From positions 62,001 to 126,000 of the forward strand of contig AP026125.1 in assembly GCA_030295235.1 (NCBI GenBank): 64,000 nucleotides of DNA. The letters run 5' to 3'. Both the position numbers and the translations under genes were made by a program. Origin of the DNA: Fistulifera solaris (Eukaryota). A model generated the notes under the pieces. That model ran no database searches and had not been told where the DNA came from. It was given only the letters and a program-made list of their open reading frames with translations. Positions 55,953 through 64,000 of this stretch are shown here, piece after piece (position 1 is the first letter of the stretch; every line of letters begins with the position of its first letter).

Positions 55953-58602
55953 ATGCGGTCGAGTAGCGCTGAAATAACGTTGATCTTTCTTTCTCTGCTA
56001 TTTTTATCATCGGGAAAAACACTCAACAATAGCGAACGACGACATCGATTACGGCAACAGACCAGAAACAAATCATCTGGCAAGGAGGCGTCTTTTTACG
56101 ATGCAAATGACGAAGAAATAGTGGCTTCAGTCTCAACAGATGGGACTTCACCGTCACCATCGTCGCCCTACACGCCGTCTGTAAAAGGAAAGAAAAATGG
56201 AAAGAAATCGGATGACAAGGAGTCAGTGAGCGGATCGACTAAGAAAGAGGCATCACATTCACATACATCACATACCGTGTCCGTCAATACAGAGTCCATT
56301 TTCAGTGAGGGCAAAGGAGGAGGAGGAGGAGGTAAAGGCCAAGAAGAGGAAATTATCGAAGACGAAGAAGAGGATGACAGCGTTACTAACAATGTGGATG
56401 ACAGTGATGACGATGATTCTTCAACGAGTGGCAAGAAATCAAAGAAAGACTCGAAAAAGTCCAAAAAATCCAAAAAGTCTTCTTCATCTTTTGATTCCTC
56501 AAAATCATCAAAAAAGTATTCTAAGAAATCGAAAAAGCATAAGAACTCAGATGACAAGTCACCTGAAGAAGATTTGGACGTTCCTTCTCCAAGCCAAAGT
56601 CCTTCTGTGATGCCCGCTAGTAGTCTCTTTCCATCCAAGTCACCCGAGAATGCAAATAAAACGTCGGCGCCAACATCTATTGAAAGTGATATTCCCTCGG
56701 AGGGGGCCTGTCGATTCACCGACGAGTTCCGAAGTCGATGATGGACCAACAAAAGCACCAAGCGCAGGAAATTCAACAGCAACTATAGCCCCAGCTGGCT
56801 CTCGCACCGCATCGCCCACGAGAGCGCCAACGACTTCAGCAACCGTTTTGCCCTCGATGAAACCCACGACATCACAAACTGCCGCTCCAACGAGAGCGTC
56901 GGGGCTTATGCCTACTGCAGTACCAACGACAACACAGACATCTCCGCCCAGAGAAGTGACTGAAAGTCCAACGACAGGACTGAGCACTGTAGAATCGCAA
57001 GCACCTTCAGGTCATCCATCGAGTTCACCTACGATCGAAGCAACGAATTTACCAACTTCTGCACCGATTGGTACGGCAACGAACTCATTACAGCCGAGCT
57101 TTGCTCCTTCCGGTGCTTCTACGCAAGAAAGGACACTCGCGCCGACTGGAACTCGTTTGTCGGAAGTGCCGTCGGCCGTGCCCACAATAAACTCTCCAGG
57201 TAATGAGACTGTGGTGCCCAGCACTGAGTCAACGGCTTCATCTCCGCCATCCATAGTTCCAACGACAAATGACTCGACACCGACGAATAGGACCGCAGCA
57301 CCAACTACTAGCTCTACTGCATCAGATGTACCGTCCACAGTCCCAGTCAATGCTTCTTCGCCCAGTCCTGTCCTTTCCTATGCGCCTTCGGTAGTGCCGT
57401 CACTTGTTACTCCCTCTAATCAGAACAACACCGCTGCACCGACGGCCACTACAACACAGAATGTGGTAGAAGGATCTTTTGAAACAGCACTCAATCTGGA
57501 CGAAGTTCCCGAAAAATATCGACAAATCTTTATCGACGCAGCTGCCAAATGGGATAGTGTGATTGTCGGAGACTTGGAGGACTATGTTGTTCGCGAAGCA
57601 GAGCTTGCTATTCCAGATCTTCGTTGTGATCCTGCGTCAATACCTCAAGTGGTGGATGACGTTTACATCTGTGCCTCCTTTCCCGAAGTTGACGGCGTTG
57701 GCAAAATCCTGGGCAGTGCAGGGCCTAGCTTCGCCAGATTCGGCGACTTTGTGCAAACCTCGGTCGGATATATGCAGTTCGACCTTGCTGACGTTGAGAT
57801 TCTGGAGCAGAAGGGGCAACTGGCCGGTACCATTGTAAGTGTGTTTGTTGTGAAGACATCTTGAATTTAACAAACCGAGCGAGTTGCCAACTAACAATAT
57901 TCTTCTATTTGTTTCTTTAAATCGCCAGTTGCACGAAATGGCACACGTGGTAAGTTATCGCTGAAACGAAACGTATCCCAAGCCCAAACCATCGTCGTTT
58001 GAAACTCTAACCATGTTATCTTCAATGCACAGTACGGAATTGGAACTTTGTGGTCCGAGAATCAATTGATCGAAGATTCAGATTCGTGTCCTTATAAATA
58101 CGACTCTCGAGCCAGTGAAGAATATCGAGCTTTGAGTGGATGTGATGCCCCAGTGCCAACCGAGACTGACGGAGAAAAGGGCACGAAATGCTTGCATTGG
58201 GATGAAGATTGTTTTCAATCCGAACTCATGACGGGTGTCAATACCGGTGATCTCGAACTTTCTCGCATTTCCATTGCCGCCTTAGAGGATTTGGGCTACC
58301 AAGTCGATTACAGCCAAGCGACGCCCTTTTCCGCCGAATCCTTATCACCGAGTTGTGTTTGCAATGCGACCAACACCCGATATTTGGAGAATGAAGCGAC
58401 TCGAGTTCAAAGACCATCTGCCGCCAGTCAAGAGGCTCGACAATATGCCATTGACTATGGACGCGCCAAGTTAAAATCGGCGCGATCCACCAACGTGATC
58501 AGCCGCGATCCGAGTCGTATTTACTTGGGAGACAAGATGATTGTTGTATTGTATTGGGACGACGAGAAGGTTAAGTCTGTTTTGGTGACAGATCGTTCCT
58601 GA
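55953..58602 (+). CDS. Secreted leishmanolysin-like (M8) metalloprotease, copy 4. Introns 57835-57928 and 57950-58032; frameshift at ~56703
   Basis: Signal peptide, acidic tract plus SKKDSKKSKKSKKS tract, long PTS linker, AAAKWDSVIVGDL, microexon LHEMAHV, CLHW, ELMTG. Confidence 0.9.
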
Positions 58603-59056
58603 TGAGTCCAAAAGTTTGTATGTTGCTATAGTCTAATCTGCATAAATGTAAAACGTTTCTCATCAGAAGGTGTCGTAGAATTTGATGCGAGCCAAGGGGA
58701 AAGCATGGATTCCTAGATCTCACATGACTCGAGACTCGAGACTCACGATCTATTATTTGATGTTGAAGCGTTGGACTCGATGCGGGACTCCTCCTCCTAC
58801 CGTTTAGATTCATGCCTCCTCCTCATCATCATCTGTACACTATAGCGTAGAATGTACCGGTCATTCTAACCCTTCGACAAAAGATACGCCCCGTTTGTAC
58901 AGTTTCTACGTGGTCTTGCTCTCGATGATGCACACCGACTTTTTTCTCGTTTCCTCCACTTTTTATCACACAAAATAATCTTTCATGCTCTCATTTTCTG
59001 GCGCCTTCCATTCTTGAAAGCCACGCAATCGCTCGTATAAAAACGTAAAAGCCAAC

Positions 59057-60622
59057 ATGACACCAAGCAATAAGAAGCTCAAGCAAGACGTGCTTGAACT
59101 CATTCCTGAGAATCGAAAGACACCGCCGCAAAGGTCTTTTCGTCGCTGGCGATACGGCGACGATGTCCCTCTGTATCGATTGCGGCGGGAACTAACGCAT
59201 CTGGATGACATTGACTGGGAAAAGTATCGTGAATTCGCCATCTGGCGAGACAATGGGACTGTCATCTGCATTTGCGAGGGTGCTTTCGATTCGTTTTGTT
59301 ACGAGGCTGTCTGCTTCTGGATTTCAAGAGTCGGTAAACCGAATATTAGCGGTGCGATTTTCGGCCTGGTCGTCAGCGACTTTGAAGACTTTTCAAGGGA
59401 GGAAATCAATGAAATGATTGATGACAACATTGCAGAGACGGCTGCCTTTTTCTTGTCTCTCAAAGATGCCGATGGGGACGACGTACGTCTCGAATTCGAT
59501 TGTTTCGATGAAATGAGTCGCTTTGACTTCGCTGCTATTCAACCGGAACATCTTGCTTTGATGTTGAATGCGAATCCCAAGCGACAATTCTCACTGCAAA
59601 ACGGAACATGGAGTCCGGAACAGGCGATAGTCTTGGCGACGAGGTCTTTTCCTTTGAAGTTGAAACTTACTACTTCTATATCAAGAATGAAAAGTTGGTT
59701 TCGTTTCTGCGATAAGGGAGATGCATTTCTAGATGCACTTGAGAAGCGAAGCTCTCCCTTTGGTTCACTCTCTCTTTCCTTCCTGAACAGATGCGACGTG
59801 CCTTTCAGTCCCAATAATATGGGACGCCTTTTGAAATGTCAGTTTGAAAAGCTTGAGATCGGCGTCATGTACCCGGAATTCGAACTCCTTCCGTTTGCCA
59901 CTGAGACTACTGCTCTCGTCTACAAGATTGATTCGGGTTCTTTTCAGGGTCAAGAATTCAGTTCTCTTCGTATAGTGGCGAAAGACCTTCATCTGAAAGT
60001 AATGATCGATGACTGCTACGAGTGGAACTGGGATAAGACGCTGATTTCATTTTTGAAGCGTGTGGCACAGTTAGGCCATTTTGAACGATTGGCTTTGTCG
60101 GTTTGCCACTGGGAAGACGAATTCACTCCTGACTATAATCAAACCAGGCGTGTAACCAAGGTTGCAAAAGCCCTCGTTGATGCCATTCGCGGTAATCCAA
60201 GTCTTTCTTGCTTGGATATGAGTGACCCTGACTCGCTTGTCGAATGGGGCCCTCATATGAAAACTATCTTAAAAGCATTGGAAGAGCACAGTGGTCTTCG
60301 TTCATTCAAGGTGAAGGAGTACCCGCGTCGGCAAGACCCTGAGTATGCCTGGCTACAGCGTCTACTTTCACGCAACCGTAGCATCACAGTTGTAAATCAT
60401 GAAAATCAAAAGATCTCAAACGGATCCAGCATCGACAAGCTCTATGCTCTGAATCGCATTTATTGGGGATCGGAAAGCCTGGTCAAGGAGACTCCAGGGT
60501 TGCGATCGGCACTAGTACCTTCCGCATTGACAGAAAGCTGCTCGAACAGCTTTCAGTTTATTGCTCTGATCTGGTCGGGTCATTCAGACTTGCTCTGTGA
60601 GTTGCTGCATGGTGCACATTGA
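59057..60622 (+). CDS. Hypothetical protein of an expanded pennate-diatom family (possibly degenerate LRR/RNI-like)
   Basis: Intact 521-aa ORF. IAETAAFFLSL, AIRGNPSLSCLDM, WLQRLLSRNRSITV and IDKLYALNR patterns. Family recognition is from memory only. Confidence 0.7.
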   Translation: MTPSNKKLKQDVLELIPENRKTPPQRSFRRWRYGDDVPLYRLRRELTHLDDIDWEKYREFAIWRDNGTVICICEGAFDSFCYEAVCFWISRVGKPNISGAIFGLVVSDFEDFSREEINEMIDDNIAETAAFFLSLKDADGDDVRLEFDCFDEMSRFDFAAIQPEHLALMLNANPKRQFSLQNGTWSPEQAIVLATRSFPLKLKLTTSISRMKSWFRFCDKGDAFLDALEKRSSPFGSLSLSFLNRCDVPFSPNNMGRLLKCQFEKLEIGVMYPEFELLPFATETTALVYKIDSGSFQGQEFSSLRIVAKDLHLKVMIDDCYEWNWDKTLISFLKRVAQLGHFERLALSVCHWEDEFTPDYNQTRRVTKVAKALVDAIRGNPSLSCLDMSDPDSLVEWGPHMKTILKALEEHSGLRSFKVKEYPRRQDPEYAWLQRLLSRNRSITVVNHENQKISNGSSIDKLYALNRIYWGSESLVKETPGLRSALVPSALTESCSNSFQFIALIWSGHSDLLCELLHGAH

Positions 60623-62150
60623 GAAGAGGGGTTTTGATTTACCAACAACTCTCAAGGAGTTCGATTGTTATCCTACCACCCCCTATATAGTTCGATTTAG
60701 ATATTGTATTCCTTTGTGCAATCTGAATTAGTCTATCGTGTGACATGAATCGCATCCCAGAGTATCATTACTAGTTGTTAGATTGCTGCGTTTCGATCTT
60801 CAATGTAATTGTGGGGGGAATTCTTTCTTACATCGACCGCTCAGCGAATCCAGGCACGAACCGAAAGCTACTTGAGACAATCACCGGTTCGTCGTGGTTT
60901 GCAGCAATGCGCGATCGTTCGCAATGTCTTCTGCGTCGTCCAAAAGAGCTTCGACGTTACTGTCTCCACTGTTCAGGCATTTGGAATCAAAAAAACCTAT
61001 CCGAGGTCGATTGAAGCTATAGCTCATGAGAAGAAGATACCAAAGGCTTTCTGCTTGTAGATTGGCTCGCAATCATTGCATACCGATCCAGCGACTATAT
61101 CTTTGCAAATTTTTGGCATACAGATTGAATTGAAAAGCCATCACGAACACTTCTGCGATCGAGAGGCGGTCTTATTCGCTAGATGTTGTCTCGTCAACGT
61201 TTGATTGATACACTCTCTGCGCTGTTTCTTTTGAAATATGCTTTCATGCAAAAGACGATATTCTTGAATCGTTTGCGAGCGACACTTTTACGTCGAAGTG
61301 GTAACTTTGAGCTCTTACTAGAAAACATCGAGGCCTTGTCAATCGATTGATAGCAAAAGGCAATGTTACACTCTTCTCCTGTATTTCGGAAGCGACGCTC
61401 GCATCGTAACGTTCTCTCATTATTGACACGGCAGATCGCATCGCAACCGATGTCGCGCATCGTCGTACCCGCGGAAAAATTCCGTGTAAATGAAATCTGT
61501 AGACGTAGCAGCACATACGAAAAGCTGGATGTATTCAAGTCACTTTGCTTTGCTTTTGAGAAACATAACGATGATTGCTTCATCTCATTTTTATACAAAG
61601 TAGCATCACACAAGGGATGAGGTTTGAATTGGGGGTGTGTTCTTTTGTATCTGCCGATGTAATCGTAATTAAATTGTCAACGGCTAAGAAAAATGACCGT
61701 TGTTGTGAACACTAATGACTAAAATGTATCTGCACGATTCAAATTTCAGATTACTGGGACCAAAAGACATAATGAACAGTACTATGCAAAAAGTAAGGAA
61801 CAGTAGCACTGACGCGCCGGTGACATTATGAATTCAGTAATCAGATTTCTGTTCAATAAATAAAAAATTTGAGGTCAAATCGCTCTTAGCTGAAAAGTAC
61901 ATGACGTAGGGCCTTGTATCTTGGATCTTACGAAGTTGTCACATGTTCACTATCACTGCTTCTGCGCACTGTACAGATCACTTCTATACAGTTGACTGTT
62001 TTGTAAGCTTCTCTTTTCGAACCGTATTGAACGCAGTTTCATCTTTTCTTGCATGTTGCGCCGCATCCTCCGCCATGCAACATGCAAACGATGCAACAAG
62101 CAACGAACGTAAAAAAAGAATGGAAGGAACGCAGTTCAATTTTAATAATT

Positions 62151-64000
62151 ATGAAATCTCTTCCAGTTCTTTTACTTCCGTTCTTGCTACAAGCTACCTC
62201 GGCAGAGTTATTGCGTGCTGACAAGGCAACAAACCGCGAAGGAAACGATGAAAGCGTGAAGACAGCGCGAGATTCGAAAGCACCTATCCGCAACCGACGT
62301 CTTTTCAATGTATTCAACTTGCAATCGCTCTTGGATGACACGACAAAAACCGAAGAAGTCATTGATGACTCGTCATTTGAGTCGGGTCGTAGCTACTTCA
62401 ACCTTTTCACCAACATTTTTACTGGCGAACGTGAACCGAGTGAGTCACCCGCGAACGAAAAGCCTGCGAATGAGAAGCCGCCCGCGGACAGCAAAGAGGA
62501 GGAGAAAGAAGAAGAAGTCGTGCCGAAAGTAGAAGACACGACTCTGGCTCCGACGCGCGCCCCTGTGGAGAAACAGACAGTTCAGCCGGTCACCGCCGAG
62601 AAGGTAAAGGAAACAGCGAAAAACTTTCTGGAAACGTATACCGGAGGTTGGGTGCCCAAACCGGAAGGAACCTATTCGGAAATCTTCTTGAGTGTGTTTG
62701 CTGCTCGTACGGTGAATCCTACAATCTCGCCGGCTCCTACGATGTCTCCTGCCCCGAGCGCTGTGCCCACAATTCTTCCGGTTGCTGGTACGGAAGGACC
62801 CACAACAACTGTATTCCCTACGACTGGACCCACAACCGCTCCTTCTTTGATTCCATCTTCGCAAATTCAAACAGTTCCCCCATCCGTCTCAGTCCCTCCG
62901 TCACTCGCGCCGAATGATTTAAGCGGTGCACCGACTTCGAGCTTTTCCCCGACTTCGAGCCAATTGCCTACGTTAGTAGGAACTGGAAGCGAGGATCCAA
63001 CTCTTTCGCAAGTACCGACAAGCCTTTCGCCTTCGACATCTTTGGCGCCTTCTCTGGTGCCAAGTTCGAATATCATTGCCTCGATTAAGCCTTCCGTGTC
63101 GGCAGCTCCTTCCATTACCGCGCTGCCATCCGCATCGAGAGCACCTTCGTCAACTGCACAGCCTTCTGGATCGGTGCAGCCTTCTCGATCATCACCTCCG
63201 ACTGTTTCGGAATCTCCTTCCGTGTTGCCCACAAGCAACAGTACTATAAGTGTTCCCCCTAGTTCGGGTCCCACTACGACAATTGCTCCCTCTCTCGCTC
63301 GTGTCGAAGGAGGCTTTACGACCGAACTCAATCTGGATCAAGTGCCCGAAGCATATCGACAAGTGTTTACTGACGCCGCTGCGCGGTGGGATACAGTCAT
63401 CGTGGGCGACTTACAGGACTTTGTCATGACCGAAGCCGACCGCGCTACGGCAGGGTCACGTTGTGATGCTTCCACGATACCTGATGTTATCGATGATGTG
63501 TTTATTTGTTCCAGCCTTCCCAGCATAGACGGCGCCGTGGGAATCCTCGGTTCAGCCGGCCCTCTATTAGGTTTGTTTTGATTGAAGAGATTGCTTTGTT
63601 TTGTTGTGTTGAACAGCGAAAATTTTCGCTCGATTTTTCCTCTTTTTAGCTCCAAACTCATTTTTATTCGTTCTTCGCAGCTCGAAGTGGAGAAATCTTG
63701 CAGACATCTGTCGGATATATGCAGTTTGATTTGGCAGACATCGATATTTTGAATGAAAATGGTCAACTTGCCGGGACAATTGTAAGTTCGACCTTAGATT
63801 TTCTGTCTTAACCCTAACCCTAATTTGTTTTGCAGTGACTTCTTTGTCGTAACCCCTAACCCTAACTCACCGATCATTTTTCCACTTTGTTCAGCTCCAT
63901 GAGATGGCACATGTGGTGAGTAGTCTCAATTCAAGTTCATGACTTTCCTGTCGCAACATATTTGTCTCACTTCAGCGGCTATTGCGTCGTATTCCTTCTG
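62151..64000 (+). CDS. Secreted leishmanolysin-like (M8) metalloprotease, copy 5 (partial). Introns 63571-63680, 63782-63894 and from 63916
   Basis: Signal peptide MKSLPVLLLPFLLQATSA, RNRRLF, PS-rich repeats, AAARWDTVIVGDL, DGAVGILGSAGP, microexon LHEMAHV at 63895-63915. Confidence 0.85.
63809..63866 (+). repeat. Two short telomere-like (CCCTAA)n tracts inside an intron
   Basis: TAACCCTAACCCTAA at 63809-63823 and TAACCCCTAACCCTAAC at 63850-63866. Confidence 0.7.

Noticed and set aside
60700..61620. Degenerate second copy of the 59057..60622 family on the minus strand
   Set aside because: Only vague resemblance in short fragments; I could not build a convincing alignment.
46859..63766. Long antisense ORFs opposite the proteases (e.g. 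46859-47491, 56168-56782, 62867-63331)
   Set aside because: Shadows of low-complexity S/T/P/K-rich sense coding sequence.
63809..63866. Chromosome end/true telomere
   Set aside because: Only 2-3 units per tract, located inside an intron of a continuing gene.

Overview
Gene-dense eukaryotic nuclear DNA from a pennate diatom. Evidence: short GT-AG introns, bipartite signal+'AF' plastid-targeting presequences, and a CoDi-like gag. The family at 59-60.6 kb resembles ones I recall as expanded in Fistulifera, but that assignment is inference. Main contents: queuosine salvage hydrolase (QNG1); several low-complexity orphan genes; a beta-alpha fused NAD(P) transhydrogenase directly followed by a pyruvate:NADP+ oxidoreductase (PFOR-CPR fusion), a possible anaerobic energy module; an accessory island at about 23.4-37.1 kb (cryptic ~730-codon frameshifted ORF, orphans, truncated copia gag, a paralog pair, a CRE-like RLE retrotransposon with an N-terminal CXC domain); Cdc14; a ~460-bp foldback element; a lipoate-ligase-like gene; a plastid GDT1-family transporter; plastid RecA; and an array of five secreted leishmanolysin-like (M8) metalloproteases. 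Four of these carry silaffin-like Lys-rich N-termini, and three have the HExxH motif on a 21-nt microexon. Many genes carry single-base frameshifts in homopolymer runs, most likely long-read assembly errors. All calls come from reading the sequence by eye; no database searches were run.
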